From NCBI GenBank assembly GCA_964575345.1, contig CAZNQD010000008.1:620-64619 (forward strand): a DNA stretch of 64,000 bases. The letters run 5' to 3'. Position 1 is the first letter of the stretch. Every line of letters begins with the position of its first letter. The translations under genes and the position numbers were made by a program. The stretch is from an uncultured Bacteroidales bacterium. GTDB taxonomy: Bacteria; Bacteroidota; Bacteroidia; Bacteroidales; UBA1402. Positions 47,341-56,964 of this stretch are shown one piece after another. The notes beneath the pieces are model-generated. The model saw only the letters and a program-made list of their open reading frames with translations. It was not told where the DNA came from and made no database searches.

Positions 47341-47766
47341 ATGAAAATTGCCATCATCAATGGGCCTAACCTTAATCTCCTTGGTAAAAGAGAACCTGAT
47401 ATTTACGGCTCGCAAAACTTCGAAACATATTTAGAAGTTTTAAAAATGGACTATCCTCAGATAGAATTTGAGTACTTTCAATCCAATCACGAAGGAGCCA
47501 TTATTGACAAGCTTCATGAAACCGGATTCAGCTACGACGGCATTATTTTAAATGCTGCAGCCTACACCCACACTTCCATTGCGATTGGTGATGCCATAAA
47601 AGCTATACAAACACCGGTAATCGAAGTTCATATTTCGGATATTTACAAAAGAGAAGAATTTCGCCATATTTCCAGAACGGAAGCTGCGTGCATAGCCAGC
47701 TTTGTTGGCTATGGAATGGAATCATACCGTATGGCGGTAGAGGCATTGTTACAATATGTTTCGTAA
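47341..47766 (+). CDS. aroQ: Type II 3-dehydroquinate dehydratase
   Basis: MKIAIINGPNLNLLGKREPDIYG N-terminus and AYTHTSIAI motif. The alternative upstream ATG at 47287 would add 18 atypical residues. Confidence 0.92.
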   Translation: MKIAIINGPNLNLLGKREPDIYGSQNFETYLEVLKMDYPQIEFEYFQSNHEGAIIDKLHETGFSYDGIILNAAAYTHTSIAIGDAIKAIQTPVIEVHISDIYKREEFRHISRTEAACIASFVGYGMESYRMAVEALLQYVS

Positions 47767-47777
47767 TTGTGTAGTGA

Positions 47778-48410
47778 ATGGATGAGCTTTTGGAAAAGTA
47801 CATCTGTAGCCGTATTGATCCTGAACCTGAATTGTTGAAAGAGCTCAGAAGGGAAACGTATGTGCGTTTTTTAAATCCCAGGATGTTGTCCGGCCATTTG
47901 CAGGGGCGGGTGCTGGTTATGTTGTGCAAAATGATCCGTCCCCGCAGGGTACTGGAGCTGGGAACCTTTACCGGCTATTCCGCACTATGCCTGGCCGAGG
48001 GCCTGCCCAAAGGCTCACGCATTCTGAGCATAGACCACAACGATGAGCTGGAAGAGTATGTGAGAATCTGGTTTTCGAGATCAGAACTGGGTTCAAAGAT
48101 TGATCTTCTTTTTGGAGAAGCGGTTGATTTAATTCCTAAACTGACCGAATCTTTCGATCTGGTGTATATGGATATTGACAAAAGAGACTATAAAAGCTGT
48201 TATGACTTATTGCTTCAGCAATTATCAGGCGGTGCTTTTATTTTGATTGATAACACTTTGTGGAATGGCAAGCCCATGGAGGAAATTTCCTACAAAGATG
48301 CTCAAAGCCTTGCCATTGCAAATTTTAACGATTATATTGCAGCAGATTCCCGGGTGGAAAAAATCATACTGCCCATCCGCGACGGATTGACTATTCTACG
48401 CATAAAATAA
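47778..48410 (+). CDS. Class I SAM-dependent O-methyltransferase (family 3, caffeoyl-CoA OMT-like)
   Basis: SAM-binding motif VLELGTFTGYSALCLAEGL followed by DLVYMDIDK; 210 aa. Confidence 0.85.
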   Translation: MDELLEKYICSRIDPEPELLKELRRETYVRFLNPRMLSGHLQGRVLVMLCKMIRPRRVLELGTFTGYSALCLAEGLPKGSRILSIDHNDELEEYVRIWFSRSELGSKIDLLFGEAVDLIPKLTESFDLVYMDIDKRDYKSCYDLLLQQLSGGAFILIDNTLWNGKPMEEISYKDAQSLAIANFNDYIAADSRVEKIILPIRDGLTILRIK

Positions 48411-48430
48411 AAACACATAATAACAGAAAG

Positions 48431-48766
48431 ATGGAAACTACCAGACAAAATAAAATAAGCCGGCTTTTACAAAAAGAACTTAGCGAAGTGTTCCGGCAAC
48501 AGACCACAGCACTCCCGGGCACTATGGTTACAGTCAGCGTGGTCCGTGTCAGTTCAGATCTGAGTGTAGCCAAGGCTTACCTGAGTCTTTTTCCGCCTGA
48601 AAAAAGCAAAGAAATGCTCGGAAACATACAGAACAATGCCAAATCCATCCGTTACGAGATGGCCCAAAGGCTGCGCTTTCAGCTTCGGAAGATGCCCGAA
48701 TTGAGTTTCTTTCTGGACGATTCGCTGGATTATGTTCAAAATATAGAAGAGTTGCTCAAAAAATGA
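48431..48766 (+). CDS. rbfA: Ribosome-binding factor A
   Basis: 111 aa with an RbfA-like sequence (RQNKISRLLQKELSEVF...TVSVVRVSSDLSVAKAYLS). Confidence 0.92.
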   Translation: METTRQNKISRLLQKELSEVFRQQTTALPGTMVTVSVVRVSSDLSVAKAYLSLFPPEKSKEMLGNIQNNAKSIRYEMAQRLRFQLRKMPELSFFLDDSLDYVQNIEELLKK

Positions 48767-49980
48767 ATGTTGCATTTCATATTGCCCGTCGTTATCTTTT
48801 TTCCAAAAAATCACACAATGCCATCAATATTATTTCGATGGTTTCGGTTTTCGGAGTTGCGGCGGCCACTATAGCAATGGTTTGTACCCTTTCGGTTTTC
48901 AACGGCTTTCAGGACTTGTTGACAGGTCTGTACAAAAACTTTGAACCCGAGCTTAAGATTCGTGCATTTGAAGGAAAAACATTCAGACCGGGCCCTGAAT
49001 TTGACCTTATACGTACTCATAAAGGGGTCGCAGTCTTTTGTGAGAGTATAGAAGAAAACGCTCTGGTCAGGTACAAGGGAAGTCAGGCCAGTGCTTTAGT
49101 CAAAGGCGTCTCGGACAATTTTTCCGAGCTGGCAAATATGGACAGCCTCGTTTATGTCGGTAAATTTGTTCTCGAAGAAGAGGGTTTTCAATTTGCCAGT
49201 ATAGGCATTGGTCTGGCAAGTTTGTTAGGTACCGGGAGTTCCTTTATTGATCCGGTAACACTTTACGCTCCCAAAAGAACAGGTTCGCTAAATCCCCTGA
49301 ATCCCGCATCGGCTTTTAAAACCCGACGTATTTTACTCGCGGCCAGTTTTGGCGTCGATCAACCCGAATACGACGATCAGCTCATTATCGTGCCATTGAG
49401 TTTTGCCAGAGAGTTGTTTGAATATACCGATGAATTGAGTTCAGTGGAATTGAAACTGAAAAAAGGCGCTAATCTTCAGCGGATTAAAGAGGAGTTCCGT
49501 CAGCTTTTGGGCCCGGATTTTATCGTAAATGACCTGCAGGAACAAAAAGCAGATGTATACCGCATCAATCGGGTAGAAAAATGGATTACCTACCTGATTT
49601 TGTGCTTTATTTTGCTTATTGCCTTGTTTAATGTGATCGGATCCTTGTCTATGCTGATAATCGAAAAAAAGCAGGATGCCGGCATTCTTAAGCGCCTGGG
49701 CGCCGATCACAAGACCATCCGAAAAGTGTTTTTGTACGAAGGCGTTATGATTGCTTTTTTAGGCGCTTTTTCGGGCATTTTACTGGGAGTATTGCTTTGC
49801 CTGATTCAGCAACATTTTGGATTTATAAGACTGGGGCGTGGTGATTTTATTGTTGATGCCTATCCTGTGCTAGTTAAGGCAGGTGATTTGTTTTTTATTT
49901 TGCTCACGGTTTTGGCTGTCAGTTTGCCTTCTGTATGGTGGCCGGTACATTATTACTTTAAAAAAGATGAACTTCCTTAG
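48763..49980 (+). CDS. FtsX-like ABC permease (LolE-like lipoprotein-release family)
   Basis: N-terminal IARRYLFSKKSHNAINIIS, a large periplasmic loop, and a C-terminal FtsX 3-TM domain. It overlaps rbfA by 4 nt (ATGA). Confidence 0.87.
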   Translation: MNVAFHIARRYLFSKKSHNAINIISMVSVFGVAAATIAMVCTLSVFNGFQDLLTGLYKNFEPELKIRAFEGKTFRPGPEFDLIRTHKGVAVFCESIEENALVRYKGSQASALVKGVSDNFSELANMDSLVYVGKFVLEEEGFQFASIGIGLASLLGTGSSFIDPVTLYAPKRTGSLNPLNPASAFKTRRILLAASFGVDQPEYDDQLIIVPLSFARELFEYTDELSSVELKLKKGANLQRIKEEFRQLLGPDFIVNDLQEQKADVYRINRVEKWITYLILCFILLIALFNVIGSLSMLIIEKKQDAGILKRLGADHKTIRKVFLYEGVMIAFLGAFSGILLGVLLCLIQQHFGFIRLGRGDFIVDAYPVLVKAGDLFFILLTVLAVSLPSVWWPVHYYFKKDELP

Positions 49981-52240
49981 GAATGCTTACCGGAGAACGC
50001 TGGTGATCGCAGGCCTCCTCTCCTGGTTGTTTGCCTTGGATTTTTCTCCTTTGCAGGCCCAGCGTTCTTATGGAGGCAGGCCTTTGTCCATGGAAGAGGA
50101 AGTGGCCTATGTCCGCGGCCTGGCTGATTACGTGGTGGATTTGCCTGCCTTTGACGTGGACTCTTTGCTACGTGAAGATTCCATCTATCACAATCCCAAC
50201 GGAGCGCTGCGTTTTGCCCATAAATTGTTTGTAGATCTGGGACCGGAGAATTCCGGCATTACTTTCAATCTGAAAGACGGTACCAAAATATGGAAACTGG
50301 GCTTGCGTTCCCGGGGAGCCTACAGCCTGAACGTGATTTTTGAAGAGTATATTGTGCCTCCGGGAGCCCGGCTTTATTTATACAATCCCGATAAGACACA
50401 AGTGATTGGATCCTTCACTTCGGACAATATGCAGGAGAGTGGCGAATTTGCCATTGCTCCGGTTGCCGGCGAAGAAATCCTGATAGAATATCACGAACCG
50501 GCTGATGCCGCTTTTTCAGGAAGACTCCGTCTTACCGAAGTGAATCACGACTACCGTGGCCTGATGCGCACAGGAACCAGGTTTGACGAACTGAATTTAC
50601 CATGCGTACCCGAATTGAGTTGCGAGGCCCAATACGACAGCATCGGGCGCAGCATTTGCCTGTTGATACTTAACGGTACCACTTTTTGTACCGGAACTTT
50701 TGTAAACAACACCGCCTGCGACGGACGTCCGCTTTTACTCACAGCCGCTCATTGTCTTGAAAACAATCCCTCACTGGCCGGCAGGACAGTGGTCTTTCTG
50801 AATTATCTTTCTCCGCGCTGCATGCATCAAATAAGGGGTTCCGAAGAGTTTTCCCTTTCGGGTTGTCAGTCTCTGGCGCTATCTCAGGAAACAGATTATG
50901 CGCTTATGGAGCTGAGTGAGAATATTCCACCCGACTACCGCTTGTATCTGGCCGGCTGGAGCCGGGATACAGCTACCCGTTGCGAGTCGCCTTTTACCTG
51001 CATTCACCATCCCTACGGAGAAGGAAAACGCTATGCACAGACCACAGATTCTTTAACCTATGTTTCCTGGCCTTATCCCGGAGACGGTTTCGATCCGGAC
51101 AGTCACTGGTCTGTTAAGCAATGGCAACAGGGACATACCTGGATTGGTTCTTCGGGGGCTCCATTGATTAATAAACACCATCAACTGATCGGATTTCTGA
51201 CCGGAGGTGACTCCGGAGGCAACAGCGGTTGCGGCCCCTATCAATTAGGTGATTTTTTTGTTCGTTTTCATAAAGCCTGGGACTTCGAAAGCGATAGCCT
51301 CAACCAACTGGCCCATTGGCTTGATCCGCTTTCGAGCAATGTGCTTACAATAGGCGGTCTTGATCCTAACCGGGCAAATCCGGCAAGACGTATAACCAAC
51401 ATCAGGCGTACAGATTCTATCGCCGGGTTACGACAGGAAAATCCGGAAAATGGTTTTCTTTTCGGGCACAACAGTTTTGGTTACAATGCCTTTGCCGAAG
51501 AATTCCGCCAGGATAGCAATTCCATGCTGAAGGGGCTGTATTTGATGCCCTCGAGGGGTGTTAAAAACAGTTCCTATCCTGTCTATATAGACGTTATGAA
51601 AGGAGGAGGGCTTGCACCGGAAAAAACCCTGGCTTCCTTTGAGTTGAATCCCTATTATCTCGAATACCGCAGCCGTAATTTCCAGGAAACATCCAAAGTG
51701 CATTTTGCCAACGCCGAGAATTATATATGTTTTGATCCCCCTCTGTCGGTAGGTAAACATTTTTATGTGGCTGTCCGTTTGGTATATCCTTCCATAACTG
51801 TGGCCGGAACAGACAGCTTTGCTTTGTATGCCGCTTACCATAAAGACAGGACGGCCAAAAACACTGTATGGGTAAAAAATGGAGCAGAATGGGAGTATTT
51901 CACAACAATGAACCGCAGAGCCTACTCAAGTTCACTATGGCTCGAGCCTGTGGTTATGAAAGATACACTTTCTTTTACAGAGCCTCCCCTCGACGATACT
52001 CTCGATCAGCAAATCCCGCTGTATTATTCTTCTCAGGATAGACTGCTGTACATCTCAGTCCCAACGGGCTGGCGCAATCCTTTTGAAATTCGCATTTTCG
52101 ACCTGGCCGGTCGTCTGATGTATTTTATGTCGACCGAACAGAAAAGTCTGGCACTATACATTCCTGAAAGTTTCAAAGGTTTTTATATCATTCAGTTATC
52201 CGAGCGCAGGCGGCGATATGTGCAAAAAATTGTTTTTTAA
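49967..52240 (+). CDS. Secreted trypsin-like (S1) serine protease with a T9SS C-terminal sorting domain
   Basis: Signal peptide ending LQAQ, His motif LLTAAHCL, Ser motif GSSGAPLI, and a ~70-aa C-terminus (IRIFDLAGRLMY...FYIIQL...QKIVF) typical of T9SS type A CTDs. Start set at ATG 49967 (MNFLRN). Confidence 0.75.
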   Translation: MNFLRNAYRRTLVIAGLLSWLFALDFSPLQAQRSYGGRPLSMEEEVAYVRGLADYVVDLPAFDVDSLLREDSIYHNPNGALRFAHKLFVDLGPENSGITFNLKDGTKIWKLGLRSRGAYSLNVIFEEYIVPPGARLYLYNPDKTQVIGSFTSDNMQESGEFAIAPVAGEEILIEYHEPADAAFSGRLRLTEVNHDYRGLMRTGTRFDELNLPCVPELSCEAQYDSIGRSICLLILNGTTFCTGTFVNNTACDGRPLLLTAAHCLENNPSLAGRTVVFLNYLSPRCMHQIRGSEEFSLSGCQSLALSQETDYALMELSENIPPDYRLYLAGWSRDTATRCESPFTCIHHPYGEGKRYAQTTDSLTYVSWPYPGDGFDPDSHWSVKQWQQGHTWIGSSGAPLINKHHQLIGFLTGGDSGGNSGCGPYQLGDFFVRFHKAWDFESDSLNQLAHWLDPLSSNVLTIGGLDPNRANPARRITNIRRTDSIAGLRQENPENGFLFGHNSFGYNAFAEEFRQDSNSMLKGLYLMPSRGVKNSSYPVYIDVMKGGGLAPEKTLASFELNPYYLEYRSRNFQETSKVHFANAENYICFDPPLSVGKHFYVAVRLVYPSITVAGTDSFALYAAYHKDRTAKNTVWVKNGAEWEYFTTMNRRAYSSSLWLEPVVMKDTLSFTEPPLDDTLDQQIPLYYSSQDRLLYISVPTGWRNPFEIRIFDLAGRLMYFMSTEQKSLALYIPESFKGFYIIQLSERRRRYVQKIVF

Positions 52241-52346
52241 AGCGTATAAATAGCCAAAATACACGGTTTTAGGACTAAAATCTGTTAAATTGTTAATTTT
52301 CTCGGCTAAATACTGAAGGATTCAATTAAATGTTTCATTTTAAATG

Positions 52347-52354
52347 TATATTTG
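52347..52354 (+). promoter_or_regulatory. Bacteroidota-type -7 box
   Basis: TATATTTG, 39 nt upstream of the TPR lipoprotein ATG at 52394. Confidence 0.4.
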
Positions 52355-52393
52355 TGGGTTGAAATTTTTACTAACAACATAATACATTGACCC

Positions 52394-54085
52394 ATGAACA
52401 AAACCTTTAAACTTTCAATCCTAGTATCCCTTTTGTTGATTTTATCGGGATGCGGCTCTAAATTGGCTTTAGATCGTGAGCATTTTACAGTCACCCCCCA
52501 GGTTCTTGAAGCTGTTGGTGGTAAGGTAGATGCAACCATTGACGGAGTTTTTCCCGAAAAAATGTTTCCGGCTAAGGGTGTTGTCACTATTACCCCTGTT
52601 CTGAAATACGAAGGTGGTGAAACCGAAGGGACACCAATGAGCTTTCAGGGAGAAAAGGCTGTTGGCAATAACAAAGTCATACCTACAGCTGCCGGTGGCA
52701 ACTTTAGCATGAAATCGTCCTACGACTACAAGCCCGAGATGAAACGCTCAGAGCTTTTTGTCCGCATTAATGTAGTTACAGGCAAAAAGACACTTGATCT
52801 TCCCGAAATTAAACTGGCCGACGGAGTAGTATCCACAGAAAATCTGGTGAATGCCCAAAAGGCCAAACCTTCACCCAGCGTAGACAAATTTCAGCGCATC
52901 ATTACCGAAGTAACCGAAGCCCAGATCCTTTTCCTTATTCAACAATCCAATGTGCGCGGCAGCGAACTTAAGAGCGACGAAATTCAGGCACTGGTTTCTG
53001 CTATCTCCAGCGCTGCCCAGACTGAGAATAAAGAAATCTCCGGTATTAAAGTTTCTTCTTATGCCTCTCCCGACGGCACTGTTAAACTGAACGAAAACCT
53101 GGCCGGCAGTCGTGAAAAGAACACGGTAAGTTATTTAGATAAAGAATTGAAAAAAGCCAAAGCCCAGGGTAATATCGAGGCTGATTTTACCGCCGAAGAC
53201 TGGGACGGATTTAAAAATTTGCTGGAAGCTTCGGATGTACAGGACAAAGCTCTCATACTGCGTGTTTTGTCTATGTATTCCGATCCTGAACAACGCGAAG
53301 CAGAAATCAAAAAACTGTCGTCTGCCTACAAAGTGCTGGCCGACGAAATCCTGCCCAAACTCAGACGTTCAAGAATGGCTTTAACTGTTGACGTCATCGG
53401 AAAATCTGACGAAGAAATCAAAGCGTTGTTCGGCTCCAATCCCTCCGGACTCAGCCTGGAAGAAATACTTTACGCTGCTACTTTGTACAATACACCTGCC
53501 GAAAAGGAAAGCGTTTACCAAAAAGCATCAGAACTCTATCCCAACGATTCCCGTGCTTTCAACAACGCAGGAATGATAAAATTTGAGGCCGGAGATGTTG
53601 CCGGTGCTAAAACCTGGTTTGAAAAAGCTTATACAATCGAAAAAACCAAAGAATCTTCTCTCAACCTGGCTCTGTGTGCCATTGCCGAAGGAGCTGACAA
53701 TGCTACCATTGAAGCTTACCTGAATCAGGCTGCCGGTGCCAAGAATTACGAAGAGGCCCTGGGAATGCTTTACATCAAGAAAGGTGATTATACTAATGCC
53801 GTCAAAGCTTTTGGTGATCTCAAGAGCAATAACGCGGCTTTGGCTCAGATTTTGGCAAAAGATTACAGCAAAGCCAAAACTACTCTGGCCGGAGTTGAAA
53901 ACCCCGATGCCGAAACCTATTATCTGCAAGCCCTGGTAGGTGCCCGCACCAATAACAGAGCTGAAGTATTGGATGGTTTGAAGAAATCCATAGCCGAAGA
54001 TTCAGCCATGGCCAAAAAAGCGGCTAATGACGTTGAGTTTGCAAAATATCTGGTTGACACCGAAATTGCAAGCCTCCTGAGTTAA
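52394..54085 (+). CDS. Hypothetical lipoprotein with a TPR-like C-terminal region
   Basis: Lipobox LILSGC. The C-terminal ~200 aa have TPR-like A/Y/N periodicity (AFNNAGMIKFEAGDVAGAKTWFEKAY..., EEALGMLYIKKGDYTNAVKAF). I recognise no specific family. Confidence 0.55.
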   Translation: MNKTFKLSILVSLLLILSGCGSKLALDREHFTVTPQVLEAVGGKVDATIDGVFPEKMFPAKGVVTITPVLKYEGGETEGTPMSFQGEKAVGNNKVIPTAAGGNFSMKSSYDYKPEMKRSELFVRINVVTGKKTLDLPEIKLADGVVSTENLVNAQKAKPSPSVDKFQRIITEVTEAQILFLIQQSNVRGSELKSDEIQALVSAISSAAQTENKEISGIKVSSYASPDGTVKLNENLAGSREKNTVSYLDKELKKAKAQGNIEADFTAEDWDGFKNLLEASDVQDKALILRVLSMYSDPEQREAEIKKLSSAYKVLADEILPKLRRSRMALTVDVIGKSDEEIKALFGSNPSGLSLEEILYAATLYNTPAEKESVYQKASELYPNDSRAFNNAGMIKFEAGDVAGAKTWFEKAYTIEKTKESSLNLALCAIAEGADNATIEAYLNQAAGAKNYEEALGMLYIKKGDYTNAVKAFGDLKSNNAALAQILAKDYSKAKTTLAGVENPDAETYYLQALVGARTNNRAEVLDGLKKSIAEDSAMAKKAANDVEFAKYLVDTEIASLLS

Positions 54086-54101
54086 ATCACTTGATTTTTC
54101 C

Positions 54102-54152
54102 AACCAAAACAAAAGGGTGTCTCCAAAGCGGAGACACCCTTTTGTTTTGGTT
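54102..54152. terminator. Bidirectional intrinsic terminator hairpin (23-bp perfect stem)
   Basis: AACCAAAACAAAAGGGTGTCTCC - AAAGC - GGAGACACCCTTTTGTTTTGGTT. The U-rich and A-rich stem ends allow it to work on both strands. It sits between the convergent lipoprotein gene and ispG. Confidence 0.8.
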
Positions 54153-54209
54153 ACCACGTATGACGCATTACTTTAACAGGTGAGAATCTGTATCTGGTTC
54201 TTCGCCGGG

Positions 54210-56051
54210 TCAATTCCTGTCTGTTTTGATGAAAGCCAGCAGCTTGTCAAGTGCTTCTTCTTCGGGAATGTTCTTTTCGACGCAAAGTTTGCCTTTGTAA
54301 AGGCTGATCCGGCCTCTGCCTGCGCCCACATAACCGTAGTCGGCATCGGCCATTTCGCCCGGACCGTTTACAATACAGCCCATCACGGCAATCTTGAGGC
54401 CTTTCAGGTGAGAGGTGCCGGCTTTTACTTTGGCCAGGGTACTTTGAAGGTTGAACAGAGTCCGGCCGCATCCGGGGCAGGAGATGTATTCGGTTTTGCT
54501 GATCCTGGAGCGTGTGGCTTGCAAAATACCAAACATTAACGAGAGGCATTCCGTCTGCAAGGCCCCTGCAGAGATGCAGACACCGTCGCCAAAACCGTCA
54601 GCTAACAAAAAACCGAAATCGGTTGCAGCCTGAACTTGCAGGCTCTCGGCATCCTCTGTAGAATAGGTAGCGGTAACAACGACAGGCAAATGAAAGTCGA
54701 GGTTTAATAAGGTATGAAAGGCCGCCCGCATTTCTGCCGCAGTATTCTGGTGGGTACTGTACAGCCAAAGTATTATATTCTCCTCTTTTTCAAGTTGCTG
54801 CAACAATTCTGTATTCAGGTTTGAATAACTGACGCGAAGAAAACGCAGTACTGCCTTACAGCCCGGTAATTCGTCGATTTGCCCGACTTCAAACAGAGGG
54901 AAGCATTGGGCCTGTCCTCGATATACCTCATAATTACAGATTTGTGGAATATTGTCCTTGCGGGGAGCTTCGGGGGCTTTGGCTCCCAGATAGATGAAAT
55001 CGGGCTTAGGGTCGGCAAAAGAGTAATCTTTTGTAAGCCCTTGTGAATGATCCTGTATGACAACAGGAACCTGCCCATTTCCGAAAATTCCGGTTTTTTT
55101 GCTCTCGCGTCGCTTATAGGTGTAAGGGTCAAAACCTTCAAAAGCCCTGGCGTCGATGATAGTATGCCCTTTTCTTTTTTCGACGTATTTCACCAGTTTG
55201 CGGGCTACCGGAATTTCTGCCTCAGGATCTTCGCTCAGCGACACACGTATGGTATCTCCAATTCCGTCCAGGAGCAGGCTGCCAATACCTACAGCCGATT
55301 TGATGCGTCCGTCTTCGCCGTCTCCGGCTTCGGTGACACCCAGGTGTAAGGGAAAACTCATTCGTTCGGCTTCCATGGTCTTCACCAGCAGGCGCACAGT
55401 CTGGATCATGGCCAGGGTGTTGGACGATTTGATGGAGACGACTACCTGCCTGAAATCTTCTTCCAAGCAAATACGCAGATATTCCATGCAGGATTCCACC
55501 ATGCCGCGTGGACTGTCTCCGTATCGAAGCATCATTCTCGAAGAAAGCGACCCGTGGTTGACGCCGATGCGTAAAGCGGTACTGTTTTCCTTGCATATAG
55601 CAAGCAAAGGCAACAGTCGCTCCCTGACTTTTTCCTTTTCGAACTTAAGCTCGCTTACTCCGTCCCCGGGTAGCTCAATGTGCAGGGGATCGGCAAAATT
55701 TCCGGGATTGATCCGGACTTTCTCTATTTTGGAAGCAGCCAATTCGGCGGCTCTGGGATTGAAATGAATGTCGGCGATCAGAGGGACTTCAACTCCCTGT
55801 TTCCGTATTTCTTTGCGAATATTGCCCAGATTTTCTGCTTCCCTGGTTCCCTGTGCCGTCAGACGCACATAATCGGCTCCTGCGGCGACTATTTTTTTTA
55901 TCTGTTCCACACAGCAAACCGTATCCAGGGTGGAACAATTGGTCATCGACTGTATACGGACAGGGTAAGTTCCGCCCAGAGGAACCTGAGCTATGTCCAC
56001 CGGGAAGCTTTTTCTACGCTGGTAGTTAAAGAGATTCTGACAGTAAGTCAT
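54210..56051 (-). CDS. ispG: 4-hydroxy-3-methylbut-2-enyl diphosphate synthase IspG (long form with insert domain)
   Basis: N-terminal TIM-barrel part (YPVRIQSMTN, RINPGN) and a C-terminal 4Fe-4S part (CPGCGRT, MGCIVNGPGE), separated by a ~250-aa insert as in Bacteroidota, Chlamydia and plant enzymes. Confidence 0.95.
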   Translation of the reverse strand: MTYCQNLFNYQRRKSFPVDIAQVPLGGTYPVRIQSMTNCSTLDTVCCVEQIKKIVAAGADYVRLTAQGTREAENLGNIRKEIRKQGVEVPLIADIHFNPRAAELAASKIEKVRINPGNFADPLHIELPGDGVSELKFEKEKVRERLLPLLAICKENSTALRIGVNHGSLSSRMMLRYGDSPRGMVESCMEYLRICLEEDFRQVVVSIKSSNTLAMIQTVRLLVKTMEAERMSFPLHLGVTEAGDGEDGRIKSAVGIGSLLLDGIGDTIRVSLSEDPEAEIPVARKLVKYVEKRKGHTIIDARAFEGFDPYTYKRRESKKTGIFGNGQVPVVIQDHSQGLTKDYSFADPKPDFIYLGAKAPEAPRKDNIPQICNYEVYRGQAQCFPLFEVGQIDELPGCKAVLRFLRVSYSNLNTELLQQLEKEENIILWLYSTHQNTAAEMRAAFHTLLNLDFHLPVVVTATYSTEDAESLQVQAATDFGFLLADGFGDGVCISAGALQTECLSLMFGILQATRSRISKTEYISCPGCGRTLFNLQSTLAKVKAGTSHLKGLKIAVMGCIVNGPGEMADADYGYVGAGRGRISLYKGKLCVEKNIPEEEALDKLLAFIKTDRN

Positions 56052-56553
56052 TGGTTTTGTATTCGTATTTGAGCTGCTGCAATTCCCGGTCGGCTTTTAC
56101 AATTTTGTTTTTGAGTCCGGCTTTATAAGCGACTAGCCTGGCTTGCAATGCCTGGTCTGCTACCGCCAGTATTTCCACGGACAACAGGGCGGCATTCATG
56201 GCCCCGTTAATGCCTACGGTGGCTACAGGAATGCCCGGAGGCATCTGTACGATGGCCAGCAAAGCATCCAGGCCTTCAAGTCCGGCTTTAATTGGCACAC
56301 CAATGACAGGCAGGGTGGTAGAAGCCGCAATAACTCCGGGCAGATGCGCGGCCATGCCTGCCGCAGCAATAATTACTTTGATTCCTCTTTCGGCTGCAGT
56401 CTTCGAGAACTTTTCCACGGCCTCGGGGGTGCGGTGGGCCGACAGGGCATGCATTTCAAAAGGAATTTGAAATTCATTCAACAAGTCCGCTGCTTTTTCC
56501 ATGACAGGCAAATCGGAAGTACTGCCCATAATTATGCTGACTATCGCTTTCAT
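56026..56553 (-). CDS. purE: 5-(carboxyamino)imidazole ribonucleotide mutase PurE
   Basis: IMGSTSDLPVM and SAHRTP motifs. The 3' end overlaps the ispG start by 26 nt. Confidence 0.94.
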   Translation of the reverse strand: MKAIVSIIMGSTSDLPVMEKAADLLNEFQIPFEMHALSAHRTPEAVEKFSKTAAERGIKVIIAAAGMAAHLPGVIAASTTLPVIGVPIKAGLEGLDALLAIVQMPPGIPVATVGINGAMNAALLSVEILAVADQALQARLVAYKAGLKNKIVKADRELQQLKYEYKTNDLLSESL

Positions 56554-56557
56554 AGGT

Positions 56558-56935
56558 TTATCCGATCATTTCTTTATATTGTTCATAACTGAGCAGTTCC
56601 CCAAGTTCTGAGGGATCAGCCAGGCTGATTTTTATTATCCAGCCCCCGTCGTAAGGTTCTTTATTGATGAGTTCCGGATGATCTTCCAATTCAGCATTGG
56701 CTTCGAGCACGGTTCCTCCTGCGGGAAGAAAAAGGTCTGAAACAGCCTTGACGGCCTCGACGCTGCCAAAAACTTCTTCTTTTTGTAAGTTCTCTCCTAC
56801 AGTCGTGATGTCCACATAGACAATTTCTCCCAATTCAGATTGAGCAAAATCGCTTATTCCCACATAGGCTTCCTGCCCCTCTACACGAATCCATTCGTGA
56901 TTTCTGGTGAATTTTAATTTGTTAGGATTGTTCAT
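56558..56935 (-). CDS. gcvH: Glycine cleavage system protein H
   Basis: Lipoyl-lysine motif VEAVKAVSDL; 125 aa. Confidence 0.95.
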   Translation of the reverse strand: MNNPNKLKFTRNHEWIRVEGQEAYVGISDFAQSELGEIVYVDITTVGENLQKEEVFGSVEAVKAVSDLFLPAGGTVLEANAELEDHPELINKEPYDGGWIIKISLADPSELGELLSYEQYKEMIG

Positions 56936-56964
56936 ATTATATCGTATTAAGTGATAAAAGACCT

